DNA of 64,000 bases from Raillietiella orientalis. Lineage: Eukaryota. A program made the position numbers and the translations under genes. The stretch lies in the NCBI GenBank assembly GCA_036172245.1, contig JAYWIR010000003.1, positions 1,426,001 through 1,490,000 on the forward strand. Direction: 5' to 3'. The notes beneath the pieces were generated by a model. The model did not search any database. It saw only the letters and a list, made by a program, of their open reading frames with translations, and was not told where the DNA came from. Below are positions 1-12,159 of the stretch, one piece after another. Position 1 is the first letter of the stretch; every line of letters begins with the position of its first letter.

Positions 1-451
1 GTTCACTGTCCGTGTAGACTGTGAACCCCGTCGTGCTCGGTATGATCGCTTGTACGTGGTCAAAGTCTACATTCTCTTTATAGAGGGCCAAATACACATC
101 TTTGATATTGTTTATCCTGATGAGTCCTGTTTTGAATGTGATCGGCTTCACATTTGGACCGATCCTCACGATCGGCTCATCCACATTCTCGATTTTGCCG
201 ACTTTCGGCTTTCCAAATGTTCGTGGTGGAGCGTTGGAATTTCCGGTTGCCACCGCCGCGTAAGAAAATGGCCGCGCCGTTGCAGCCGAACAACATGGCG
301 TCGCGGCCTTCGAGCTCCCCGCTACTTGGAAGGTCGTAGGCTGCGATGCCAGCGCCGTCGCGTAGGCGACACGTGGCGACGCTGCACATTCTCCGGACGC
401 TACCTCCATCGGCTGGGGTGACGTCGGCGTGTCCTCCAACTCCCCTTGCAT
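1..451 (-). mobile_element. Open ORF running off the window; probable ORF1 (gag-like) of an L1/Tx1-type non-LTR retrotransposon
   Basis: Manual translation from ATG at 451 has no stop to base 1: MQGELEDTP...ARPFSYAAVATG...IKDVYLALYKENVDFDHVQAIIPSTTGFTVYTDSE. A SYAAVA motif after a low-complexity N-terminus is typical of ORF1 proteins. Confidence 0.5.
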
Positions 452-619
452 CCTTGCGGAGGACTGTCGCCGTGGCGGAATGCAAGTCCTCCACTGTGGT
501 GTCGCTGCTGCTGGTCATTGTCCTCAGCTGTACTGCACTCTCACTTCCCAGTGGGTAGGATTTATTAAAGAAATAAATGGATTATAAAATACAAATAGGC
601 ACAAAGCACGCGAGCGCCG

Positions 620-1100
620 TGTCTAGTATGCACTGTTTGCGCTCGCCAAGCCGCTGCAGGGGAGTGCAGCTTCCGCCAGCATTGGAGCAGATGTCGGCAC
701 TCCTTCCTGCAGCACCTCCCACCCCACCCCCTTTATTCCTAGTTCTCCCGGAATACGCAGGAACCGCTGCTTCGCCTCACCGGGGGGCATCAGAGTAGCT
801 CGACAACGACAAAGCTCACAAACGAGATTTCCCACCTCAAGGCACCAGCAGTCCAGCTGAAGCGGGGAAGGGAAGCGAACGTCTCGAATCTCCGGCCGCC
901 GACGCGAGCGCCTCCTAACAATGCGCACTCGAAGCCTCGGCCACCCCAGCGTCATCTCGCAGATGGACTCGAAACCCCACGACGCGTCCAACTCGTCGGC
1001 GCCGATGCTCACGGGATCGCCGGCAACCCCACACCTTTGAGACCTGGACTCGCGGTCTCCTTTCTCCTCCCCCGCCTCTGCGCCCCTGGAATCCGCCCCT
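620..1100 (-). mobile_element. Decayed RLE-type non-LTR retrotransposon fragment (RT C-terminal/thumb)
   Basis: RVGRVVGF resembles YLGxxVGF, and NKGGGVGG resembles the thumb GGxG motif. The DNA motif actcgaaacc(c)cacgacgc is shared with ~4387, with related copies at ~11878 and ~41935 (inverted). Confidence 0.5.
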
Positions 1101-1453
1101 GATCTCCTGTAGGAACAGCAAACATTCAGGGTGACGACCCTGAAACTCTTCCGAAGTGCCGGATCCGGTCCCCAAGCTTCGAGTAAGCTCCCGGGCAACG
1201 CCCGTCACGAAACGAGAACGTAGCCTGCCGGCCCGATTGCGGGAGGATCCAACCCCTTTTTCGTCGGGTCCGTCCTCCTCTAAGGCTGACGCCCCCCACA
1301 CCATCCTGGATGCCCTCGCGAAAAGGAGAGTCGTCACTGCCGGTTCTGAGACTCCCCGATGGGCTCCCACAGACATCTCCAGGACCCGACGGACTTGAGG
1401 GTCTCTGGAGGAAGGAAGGGAAGGGAGAGGATCCTTCGAATTATTCCCCCCTT

Positions 1454-1583
1454 CCCCGCGGCTGCTCTTCAGGCAGGTCCGGTGTTGTGCGGCCGTTAGT
1501 GGGGCCTCGTACCACGTATTTGTAGAATTTATCAATAAACGCCCCGGGCGTACTCGGGTGGCAACCCCGCGGCTGCTCTTCAG
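1454..1583. mobile_element. 92-bp insert flanked by 19-bp direct repeats (target-site duplication)
   Basis: ccccgcggctgctcttcag at 1454-1472 and 1565-1583. The insert ends in a hairpin motif shared with the insert at 48.5 kb. Confidence 0.65.
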
Positions 1584-2299
1584 AGACCGAGTCACGGAAA
1601 TGTGCGCGGGATCCCCGTCTTCCGATCACTGTGGACCCTGAAGCCATTCTGCTTTCCCAGCGCCTCTGTGAAGTGCTCCTCGCCCTCCGGGTGATGTCAT
1701 GACCCCTGGAAAGTCCCCTCCCTTCCCCCGGGGAGCAGACATGGGGAAGCAAGGTGGAAGCCTCTCGCTCGCTTCCGATTTCTGGGAGTCCCTGCTCTTC
1801 GTGCGGCGAGGAAGGGGGCGACTGGAGCAGGAGCGGAGCTCCCCATCTACTATCCGCTTCCTCCTTTCCCCCCTTCCCCCTCCCCTCCTTCCCCGAACTA
1901 CGCTCTCAACCTAAAAGGTAGAGCTCGGGGGATGCTTCCGGTCTGAGACGCTCCCCACTGGATCCGGGGCAGAGAAGGGACCGCTCACCCTCCCCCCTTT
2001 CCTTTCCCTTTCCCGCTTTCTGCATCCTTTGTAGCCGGACGCAGTCGGGTACAGATCAGATTAACGTCTCAACGGTTACCGGGGCGACCGTGGAAGAGTC
2101 CTCGTCCCCCTCCCTCGGCTGGGAAGCTCTCGCACCCCCTCCAGGAGCACCGAGTAAGTCTGCAAGCCTAGGAACACCGGGTCACAGAGGGTTGCGGACT
2201 CCGGAACCACGCCCTTTGGCGACGAGCGCGCAGGCGAGACCTCCTTCGCTCCGCTGCTACCGGGTCTCCCCCCCGTCCCGGCGCGGACAGCAGGGAACT

Positions 2300-3990
2300 C
2301 CTTCCTCCTCTTCCTTCCCCTCCCTCGTATGTCCTTTCCTGAACGCTTCCATGGCAGACGAGGTGGCTTGTCCCCCAGGGACGTGACCGAGTTTCGTGCT
2401 GGGAATCCTCCCTCGGCGACCTTCCTGCAAGAATCCCCACTCCCCGCCGGGAGGGGAAAACTCCCGCTCCACTTCGCCAGTTCCCTGTCTTCCCACTTCC
2501 GGATTCGAGTGAGCGCCTCCCGGTCCGCAAGGGGGGTCCTGTCGGAGCGGCGCGGATGGCAGACGGGAAGGAGACGGCCAGGAGGGCAGCAGGAGCGGCC
2601 GAGAACGAAGAGGAGGAGGCAGTCGGGGTCTGCGCGCTTAAAGCACGAAGCGCTCACGGCGCTCCCAGGAGCGACGCGCGCTAACAGTTGGCGCCCACAC
2701 TCGGACGCATCCCACTTATCCCCTCGGTGGATCCTGGCGAGCGATGAATGTGATCAGGCCCCCACAGACCAGGGATTGAACTACCTCTCTCAGCAATCCC
2801 TCGGGTCAAACCAGGGCCGGACTTTTCGCCGTGGTCCGGGAAAAAGTCGGGAGGAACGGATTCCCGGAAGGAATCGGTGAAGGGAAGAAGGTCATAGGAG
2901 GCAGGGGAAGCGCTCGCGCTTCCCCCACCTCCCCCTTCTTTCCCCCGAGGAGCTCGGTAGCGTGCCGGAAGGGAATGCCATCTTCCAGGAGATGCCGCCG
3001 CGTCCACCTCATCTGAGCCTATAGCCTGCCTCTCCTGGATGAATCCCGGGGAAAAGCTCGCCCGCCTTCGAACCTCCTAGCGCTCTCCCAACCGCACCTG
3101 CCGAATGGGGAAAGTGCCTCATGGTTTATATCTCCTGCCGGGAATCCCATCGTCTGAAAAACATCTGCGAGCCAGAAATGCGGTTGTGGTCCGAGGCGCC
3201 GCATCCCTGACCCCGCGAGTTTTGCTCGGGGTTCCCAAGGGCAGGTCGGTCCCTCCCTGCCATGGAGCCGTGGGATCGCGGCTGCCTCGCTGCCGCAACG
3301 GCTCCCTTTCTGATCCGCTGCATTCTCGAGCTTTCCCGCGCTCCCTACTCTTCCTCGGCTGCCATGGAGATGTTGAACCACGCGCAGAGGCCGACCACTT
3401 GCCAGAGCCCAACGGCGCAAACGTGGTGCTGTGGCCAACGTTGGCAGGGCGTTTCGAGACACGGAAGGGTCGCTTCCGACGCAGCTGCCCCCATTCCCCT
3501 CCGCTGAACCCCTTCCTCCTTTAGCCAGGTGTCAAACGGAGTCTCGATGCAGCTCCGACCCATCGGCGGTGAGGCTCGAGGATACTCCAACGGGTCAAAC
3601 CACGGGCGAAAGTGGAGTGGAAAAACACAGGGTTCGGAGACGTGTGGCAGTTCACCCCCAGGTTTTCCCAAATGCCAGTCGCGATGGTCGTCTCGAGCCT
3701 TCAGGCATTTCCATTTCTCCTGCAGCGACCGACGGATCCTCCCACGCGACAGCAAGTTGATGAGCGCAGGCAAAACAACCTCTTGCGTTGTTCCAGTTGC
3801 CCCGCAACCCAAAAGGATGATTGAGACCATTTGGGGTTCTCCTGTTTCCGCTGCTTTTCTTCCAGTTTTGGTTTCCAAGGAGTGCTGAAGAAGCATTCGC
3901 ATCTTCCGAAAGAGGGGGGAAGGGAGCGCTTACAAACCTCTTCTTTAATGCGGCTAAGGCCATTCGAGAGTGAGGACAACTCTTCAATAT
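2300..3990 (-). mobile_element. Decayed RLE-type (R2/NeSL group) non-LTR retrotransposon RT and thumb
   Basis: Frameshifted motifs in the expected order: NHPFGLRGNWNNAR..HQLAVAWED (GCxEHNF..LAVAWLD), KEEGVQRRG (GVxQG), LPLGTP (YLGxP), LPARYRAPRGKEGGGG (thumb). Confidence 0.65.
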
Positions 3991-3999
3991 ATAGGGGGC

Positions 4000-4270
4000 T
4001 CCTTACGAATTCAGGAAGGCTTCAGAGGAGAAATCTGTTCCTCTTACGCTTGGGAGGCGAGCCTCAAAGGGAACTCTCGCCCTGGTTGTCTCCGAAAGGA
4101 ACCTCGAAGGAAACCGCCTCTTCCTTATACTTTCCGGAGGAAACCGGGATGGGATCCTCCCCTGGAATTTCCTCTCCGAAGGAAAATTCTCCTGGTTTCC
4201 TCCTCTGAAGAAAACCTCCCGAAGGGGCGCTTCCCAAAGGGAGCAGGGTGTTTCTTGACTCTGGAGAATC
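4000..4270 (+). repeat. Dispersed repeat family, copy 1; related copies at ~8630-8760 (-), ~11450-11710 (+), ~16930-17200 (-)
   Basis: Blocks such as cctcttacgc, ggttgtctccgaa, ggaaacc.cctcttcct, ctctgaag.aaac and actctggagaat recur across these sites. Confidence 0.7.
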
Positions 4271-4329
4271 ATCGACCAGCTCCAACTTTCAATTCTAGCC
4301 AGTCAGCGGTCGCATCCGGATCGTGCCAG

Positions 4330-5810
4330 TGCCGCTTCCGAACAGGCTGGTCAGCATTATCCTACGGGAGGAGAGGAAGAGGGGGACTCGAAACCCACGA
4401 CGCACCCCCATTTCTCAGCATAGATTCTCCTCCAAGCGGGGATTCGAACTCTCAATTCGCTAGTACCAAGCGCAGGCACCACAGCCACGCGGCCGCCAAC
4501 GCGGACTTGCGCAGTCCCAGCTGCATCCCCTTCCTTAATGCACTGAGGGGAGCTCCGGAAATGAGAGTCCTCGTCATGCAGGGGAGCGGCGCGGCACGGC
4601 TGGGTAGCGACGTCGGGGCTTTTGCGGTTACGGCCCAGCGTTTGGAGCTCCTGAAAGTCTCCGAGCTCGGGCAACGAAGGCATTTCGTGTTCCCGGGACT
4701 CGAGGTCATGAGGAAAAAAATCCCTCGGCTTGGCGATCTTCGCAGCCTCGAGTCCTCTCTCCTCCGGAGCTCTTCCTTCGTGCGTCTCGCAGGCCTGGAT
4801 GTGAGCGGTACCACGAAGTCGCGTTCCTTGTCCTGGCGCACCTCGCATCCTGCGCGCCCAGCTGACCCGGCGCCTAGCGGCTCGACAGTCATCCCGCTCT
4901 CGAGGAAGGTGATGCATCTCACGCGCGCATCGCCAGCACTCCTGACGTCATCGTCGCCGCCGCACCGCTCTGGCAGCACTGGTCCCCCGAGAGCGCTCGA
5001 TTCTTTCCTCTCGGAGGGCGTCCGCCCCTCGCAAGAACTTCCCGCAGCCGGAATGCCTCCAGCGTGCTTCCTCCTCCGCTCACGTGCGACGGCAACAGCA
5101 GCGGCGGAGCTCCGGGATGCAGCTCGCTCCTGCCTCCGCCTAGTGCGCGCACCCACACAGCGGGGGACGCCGGAGGAGGAGAGCTACGCTGGACTACGTT
5201 CGAATCAAAGATGGACTACTCGGCGCATCGCAAAGCACCCTGGCGAGCTTAGAGGTTTCGGTGGCCGAGCCATCAAAACTACTCGGCCACCGTGCCACCC
5301 ATGTGTGTGGCGTCCTCCTCCCGGTCAGTTCACGTACAGCGGCCCCTCCTGCTTTCGGGACCAGGGGAAGGAGGCGCCGTTACTGAGGAAACCAAGAGGG
5401 GAACTTCAACTGTTCCGGGGATGTCCCGTAACTGCCGAAAAAGGGAAAAGCGCCCGTGCGGACGTCTTCTCGATGAAGAAGCGCGTGCCATGAACCTTGG
5501 CGATTCTGCTTTTGCTTTCACGATAAAGGACCAGCACCCTCCTCTGAATGAAAGACAGATAAGGAAAGAATACGAGGTTTGCGGGACGCCTTTTGTTTGA
5601 AGCTTCTACCCTTTCCATTCGAATCCTTGCTGCAGTCCGACGGGGAGATTTACCCTTTCCATCCTTCAGTCGATCTGAAGGCAGCTGCTCTCCCTGCCAG
5701 ATCTCACGGGGATACAAGCGAACGCCGGAGCTCCCACATCTCGGACGGGAGACTCCTTCTGCGTCGAAATCTCTGCTGATGATTTGGATGGCGCCTTTTT
5801 TTCGCATAGA
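4330..5810 (-). mobile_element. Decayed RLE-type non-LTR retrotransposon RT (domains ~0-7)
   Basis: KGKSPRRT (KSPGPDG), RVLVLYRES (TxLxYK), LHDEDSHFRSSPQ (YADDL region) and IPAWRRIYAEKWGCVVGF (IPxL..YLGxxVGF) occur in collinear order. Confidence 0.6.
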
Positions 5811-6420
5811 CGATCCGTGGACCGTCGAGCGTTCTAGTGGTCCCTGCGATGGGGGGCTACAGAGTTTACGGGTTGACGAGAACTGAGCTTCAGAGAGTGC
5901 TCTTCAGCCAAGTGCGTTCAGCGTGCAAAATCCCTCACCCCTTTTTGACGATGGGTGTCAGAACTCCCGTGAAGAGAAAACAAAAACGAAAAAGCACACA
6001 CCAAGAAAACAAGATGCAAAGTCATCATGGAAGTAATGCATGTGAGATAACGAATTCGTGATTTCTGCCGCTCTCTGAATTTCTGAGATAAAAACAAACA
6101 AACAAAAAATGCAGGTAGCAGGAGAGGAAGGTCGCTGTCACAGAGAGGGGTTCCCACGAATGACACGAGGCGCATCTCAAAAGAAAGAGAGGATCGGATG
6201 TAAAGAAAGAACGAATGAGAGGAACAAAAATGCATTGGTGGTTTGAAACACACGCATCCCCATCTCCCTTTTCTACGTGTTCACCATTTTTTTTTCCAAA
6301 CATTTTTGATACCGTGAAAGGGGAACTCCGGGCAACCCTCTGCATGAAATTCCGTCGCCTGGGGGTTCAGCCAGTTTAGCAGCACTGCAGTTTTCAACTC
6401 CTCCCCTTCCCTCTCGCATC

Positions 6421-6752
6421 CTCGAGCCACTTCTTGAGGTGCAGAAAGACTTGGTAGCCACTGGACGCGAGGTCAGGACTGTAAGATCTAAAAGTTCCCA
6501 TTCGAATATTCGAATTGTCTGGAATGTGAGGACGGCATGTGTGTGGGACCGAAAGGGTGTGTGTGCTTTTGGTGGACTTTACGGAGCCTGGAACAGCCAT
6601 CTACTGTGCGCAAGTCTACTGTGCAGAAACACTTTCAACACTGCGGCGTGCCGTTCAGAATGCTGAGACCAGGAATCGTTCTTCTCCTTCACGACGGCGC
6701 GCGCCCACACACTGCTGTCCAGACGACTCAGAAATTCGAATGGGAACTTTTT
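6421..6752. mobile_element. Mariner (DD34D) transposase remnant in two oppositely oriented pieces
   Basis: Plus strand ~6535-6752: VWDRKGV / LLVDFTEPGT / YCAETLSTLRRAVQN / LLHDGARPHTA / KFEWELF. Minus strand ~6421-6522: YSPDLASSGYQVFLHLKKWL, the mariner YSPDLAPxD signature. Confidence 0.9.
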
Positions 6753-8788
6753 TGTTCCTCTCATTCGTTCTTTCTTTATATCCAATCGGCTCTTTTGAAA
6801 TGCTCCTCGTACTTTCGACATTGGACAGTTTCGATCTTCCGACGAGGGAGGATACTTTCAGAGAGGCGCCACACAGAACTTCTCGGTCCGTAGGTTTACA
6901 TCCCATGCATATGATCTCGTGATGTCGGAATGACAGTTCTGCCCCTTCTCCTCCGTTGCAGCTCGCGACTGGATCGCAGAGCTGAACTTCAGTTCGGTCT
7001 CCTCTCCCGAGGCGCCTGTCTGCCAACGCAACTCCACCATCTCTCCCAGGCATTCGCATCTCCGCGCATCCCTCCAGACCACGTGCCCGGTCCTGATGCG
7101 CGGAATTCTCTGACGGCATGGCAGGACTTTCCGCTTCCGGTTCAGCTGGATCTTCCGCGAGGGAAACGGAAGGCCGCGCGTACGCGACCTTCTCCTCTTG
7201 GGAGTTCGCAAGGCCGGCTCAGCGAAAGCACCAATCCCACACCAAAAGCCGCGTTTCCCAGATCCCGAGAGCACCTTCGGGTTCCGTCCACCCGTTCCTG
7301 GCTACTCGCGTCCGAAGCGTCTCCGCGGGCTGGCTGTTCGCTTTCGCCGCACGGATCCGCAGATTCCGATGGAGATTTGCTTCGGATTGTTCTTTCCGGA
7401 AGCGGACGGACTGTTTCCAGCACGACGCTTCCGTTTTCATCAAAAAAAAAAAAAAGGTAAGAAAGAAAAAAAGAAAAAGAGGTTTCCCTGTGCAATTAAA
7501 CAGCTGCTCCCAACAGCAAACAGTGCCCTGGACATGCATCCAAGATACTGCTCTTTTGCATTTCTCCAGTGCAACTGACGCCTAGCTCATGGGTACCTCT
7601 TATTCATCAGCATCTCGTGACTCGACGCAGTCGCCGCAGTTCTCATGTCCTCTCGTTTCGAGGAAGATTCCTCCATTAAGAGAGTCAGCAGCTAGTAAGC
7701 TCCTCCGTAGAAAATGCCTTGCAAGGATTCTCTCATGGGCTCCGTCCAAGTTTGCGTTCGACTCCTGGAATCGGGGAGAATAGTATACGGTATGTGGAAC
7801 GTAAAGTATACGGAACCATCAGTAGTCAGTGGAAGGTCATCCAGACCCCTATGGACCTCAAACTCCTGAACAAGGAACGAGGAATGAGGCAAAATGGTCC
7901 TTTGAAGAATGCCAAGGCCAAGGGGGATGTCGCCTGCACGCATCGCACGCAGAAGAACGCAGCAGGTATGACCTGTGATCCACCTTTATTTATTCATCCA
8001 TCGCCCCTTTCCCCTATACCCTTCTTGTCCTTCTGTGTAGCCGGCCTACGAGTTCGTGTTTTTTTTTTTTTCTTTCTTTCTTTTTTCCCTCCCCGAATTT
8101 TTCAAATAATCGTGGATTTTATAATCCACGCGACCTGCTGGTTTTCTTTTTTTTTTCTCTTTCTGGAAAGGAAACGCCCGGAGCAAACGGGTGAAAATGG
8201 TCAATGGAAGGTTGTTCCATCTCTTTTTCCAGGCTCGAGCTCCTTCCTGTTCACCGTTGGTGTTGCCTTTACGTTGGGAGGACGAATCCTGCCATTCCAT
8301 CTGACGAAGGGAAGCAGGCAAGAGCGCCATGATGGCCGAGGGCTTCGGGTTCCGCTGCGAACTCGAGGCAATCGAGGCAGTCTGTCACGGGCGACGACGC
8401 CACAGGAACGGAGTCCCGTGCCGTTCAGGGCAGAGAGACAGGAAGCACAGGAAGCAGGTGCGCGCGTTGCACGCGTCCAGAGCACTTGGTGAGAAAAAGC
8501 ACATCTTCCTTCCGAGAACTGTGTCGTGGAGGAAGGACACCGCAGGACTTCCTCCTTCACGAGTGCTCACTCCGAAACACTTTTGCCTCCCGGAGAAATG
8601 GCGCGTGAGCGTTTCGCTTTCCAAGAGCTCATCGGCCCCTTCGGAGACAACCAGGGCGAAAATTCCCTACGGGGCTCGCCCCCCAAGCGTAAGAGGAACC
8701 GACTCCTTCCTGAGGAGCCTTCCTGGATTCATAGGGCGATGCCCCCTATAACTTGAAGGGTCACACTCACGCTCGGGTGTGGAGGGGG

Positions 8789-9077
8789 CAGCGTTAAAGA
8801 GCTTCGCGAGCTCATCCTAAGGAGGCGAACTGTTCTTCAGCACTTCTTGAGAATCCCCCAAAAAAACGCTGGAGGGAAAGCAGCGAAAACAAGAAATCAA
8901 AAGGGTTTTCAGCATCCCCGCTCAGCTGCAAGTGCAAACTTGGAATCTCCTCGCAAAAACGGAAGCCAATGATGATATACAGTCGCAAGATGTTTCGGGA
9001 GTTTTGCCGGAAACGTTTCCTCCTCATCCACGTGGTCAAAAGTCTTCTGGCTGCTGCTCGATTGCCAGGAGCCTGCC
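8789..9077 (+). repeat. Left arm of ~289-bp near-perfect inverted repeat
   Basis: Reverse complement of 11142-11430 with only a few mismatches. The same peptide (MQTWNLLAKTEANDD...) appears on opposite strands in the ORF track. Confidence 0.95.
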
Positions 9078-9249
9078 TGATCGTCAACCGTCGGATGTCG
9101 CTACGCGAGTTCCGTTAGACGGAGAGAGCGTGTCTTCTCCGGAATTGCTTCGTTGGATCCAACGACAGCACGAGCAGCCTCTGCTCATTACCCTACCCAT
9201 CGCTGATTCTTATAGGAACAGAGAGGAAACTGTCGGTTCTTCTCTTATT

Positions 9250-9900
9250 AGCTTCCCCACTTGTTTGTGTATCTGTTGCAAAATCCCAGAAAGTTCGAGG
9301 TAAACCATACTGTAGTTTGTATCTTCGAGGACAGCAATTCTTCCTCATGTGCACTGATGGACAGCTTCTTCCGAGAGTTTCTCATCACAAGAAATTCTCT
9401 TTTGCAAGGGCCGATACCAATAAAAGGATTCATGAAACTTCCAGATATTCAAAAGCAGATGTTTTTTTTTTTTGTTTGCTTCCATAGCTGGGAATGCAAT
9501 CTCGAAGATTCCAATCGGACAACCTGAAAATCAACGACCCCAACATGCAGTTGATCTTGATTAGTTCCTTGATATTGATGCACTGTCATATTTCTGTCAC
9601 CAGGAAAGAAAAGGCCATTCATTCCATAAAAATGATCTTTTTTCCTTCATCTCTATCTTTCGACTCTCTTCACGATTCGTTGATGTGAGCGGTCCGCGAC
9701 TTGCAGAGGTCTTTCCCGGCTGCTGATGTTCTCTCGCACCCTCAGCTAATCATCTGCCAAGCCCAAATTGTATCAACGGACTTGTTCGGACACTCCCCTG
9801 TAACACGTTTCCAGGGAAGACCGTTCCCCTTTTTCATGAGCGCTCTGCTGGAAGAGCACGATAGTGTTTGTGTGCTAAGATGGAAAAGGTAGGACCAACA
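9250..9900 (-). mobile_element. Decayed Ty3/gypsy-like RT fragment
   Basis: SSSRALMKKGNG (SP..VKKKDG), DEGKKIIF (DExKTAF) and NFLGFCNRY (FLGFxNYY) occur in the expected order, with stops and frameshifts. Confidence 0.5.
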
Positions 9901-11141
9901 GGATGAAAAGATGCTCAGTGACGGAAAGAAGAAACCCTGGAATCTTCAGAACTCACTGGAGCTTACTGGAAGCTTTTGTACGTCCTGAGAATTCCTCAGA
10001 AGCCCTCGAGGCGGGGATTTCTTGCAGCAGGAGGCTGCATGTCTTCGCCAGCATGAGCGTTGCAGTTTGCTTGAAGATTTCGGGCATCGGAAGTCGCTTC
10101 CAATTTTCCTTCACATATTGGATTATCCTTCCGAAAATTCGCCAGAGCAATCCAGTGGGGGGGGGGGGAATATTGCAACGAAAAGTAATGTACCGAAAGG
10201 TGTCAAAATGATGTATTTAAAGTTTTGCAAAGAAATTCGAAGGCTTGATTGGACAGTCGAGCAAATGATTCAGCATTCAGAAAGATAATGATTATTTCGG
10301 AACACAGAGAGTGCAGTTCTCCAGAAACACCTCTTAGACTGTTTCAAGTTCCTGTTTCCAGGACCAGACGGCGTGAGTGCAACTCCGGACTCATTAACGG
10401 CGTTCTAATCGATTCCGTTGCCCAAATATCCCTCACCCTGGCTTCAACCTCAGTTTGTCTGGAACTGATCCTTCCTCGCGGAGTTGAACCCCAAGACAAA
10501 GAACCATTCGCTTTATCGTTGCAGTAACTGGTCCTGGAAATGGTGATGACGACCTTCCGCATGATGTAGAGTTGCAAGTCCTGCTTTATGCCGGCATTTG
10601 GACGAAAGGGTTATTATTAATTCATTTGATCGAATCTCCGGTAGCTCACCGTTGCGAGAAGCCGATGTACCGCCCGAGCCTTTGCCTCCCCTCCCCCCCT
10701 CCTTATCGCAGGGAAGCGCAGCACGTTGCGAGATCGAATTTGCTTTCCACGCGTTGGCGTTTCCGACCGCTTCCCCCTCTCCCCTCCTCCCGGATTCCGA
10801 TTCGTCGTTTCTTGCGCTTCGAGACCGCGGAACGCCTGGGATGATCGAGCAAGGAAGACTCACAGATAGTCCACAGGGATGAACCCCCTTTATTCCGAGG
10901 ATTTGGCGATAGGATGATGGTGATCAGCATGGGAAGAGGTTTCTTGAAACAGGACACCCCATTTGAAGGCAACAGGCGATCCTCTGATTCTTCTTCTCTT
11001 CTACCACTACTGCTGTTTCTGCTTCTGCTGCTTCCATTTCTTCTACTATTTATTTCCTCTTTCTTTTTGGTTCGCTAAGTACTCAAGAACAGCCTGCCTA
11101 GAGTCTCACAAAGCTCTTTAATGCTGTCCACTCCACCCGAG

Positions 11142-11430
11142 GGCAGGTTCCTGGCAATCGAGCAACAGCCAGAAGACTTTTGACCACGTGGATGAGGAGG
11201 AAACGTTTCCGGCAAAACTCCCGAAACATCTTGCGACTGTATATCATCATTGGCTTCCGTTTTTGCGAGGAGATTCCAAGTTTGCACTTGCAGCTGAGCG
11301 GGGATGCTGAAAACCCTTTTGATTTCTTGTTTTCGCTGCTTTCCCTCCAGCGTTTTTTTGGGGGATTCTCAAGAAGTGCTGAAGAACAGTTCGCCTTCTT
11401 AGGAGGAGCTCGCGAAGCTCTTTAACGCTG
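11142..11430 (-). repeat. Right arm of ~289-bp inverted repeat
   Basis: Reverse complement of 8789-9077. Confidence 0.95.
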
Positions 11431-11759
11431 TCCACCCGAGCGCGCATGTGGAGGGAAAGCAGTTATAGGGGGTACCGCCCTATGAATCCAGGAAGGCTCT
11501 GCAGGAAGGAGTCCGTCCCTCTTACGCAGGGGAGGGGACCCCGAAGGAAACCACCTCTTCCTCGTTCTCTCCAGAGGCCTCATGGAAAGGATCCGCTCCT
11601 GGAATTTCTTCTCCGGAGGGAACCCGAAAGAGGTTCCCTCCTCTGAAGAGAGCTCTGGATGGACGCCCCCGGAGAGAGCAGCGCACTTCTTCACACTCTG
11701 GAGAATGAACCAGCTCCACGGTACGCAATGCAGGGTTTCTCCACGAAGGAAAGGAACCG

Positions 11760-12020
11760 CCTCCCCGGAAGGTCAGCTATCGATCTCGGACGGTCAGCGG
11801 CGGCATCCGGGGGTTCCCGGTTTCCACTGGTGGCGCGTCCGAAGCCTGAGGACCAGCCGACACCATCCTGCAGGGGGACTCGGAACTCACAACGCACCTC
11901 CTATTTCTGTACCTTCAACCCTCCTCCTCGCAGGGATTGGAATCCACAACGATTGGTGCCGCACGCGGAGACCGCCGCAGCCGCAAGGCCACCAACGCGG
12001 ACCTCGCTTCTCGTGTGGCG
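11760..12020 (-). mobile_element. Short RLE-type non-LTR RT remnant
   Basis: DNA similar to 4370-4510 (ggggactcggaactcacaacgcacc; gcc.ccaacgcggac). Confidence 0.5.
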
Positions 12021-12159
12021 ACTAGCCTCGTTGCAAAAAGAACAGCATCAGATGCAAAGCCGGGGTGGATGGAAAGGGGTGCTGTAAGCTGCTGAAGAGA
12101 AACGAGCTCACGGAATTGAAGTGGTCAAGTCCGCCGCGCTCGTGGTATCTACGGTGATG

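Noticed and set aside
116..135. CTGATGAGTCC hammerhead-like core
   Set aside because: No matching GGAC-GAAA arm, and it lies within a coding frame on the other strand.
2683..2700. TGGCGCCCA primer-binding-site-like motif
   Set aside because: No LTR pair found, and it falls inside a non-LTR RT remnant.
3970..5493. 507-aa plus-strand ORF
   Set aside because: No recognisable domain. It is the GC-rich antisense shadow of a minus-strand RT remnant.
7719..8751. ORFs of 257 and 140 aa
   Set aside because: The 257-aa ORF runs through poly-T tracts, and neither has a family motif I can support.
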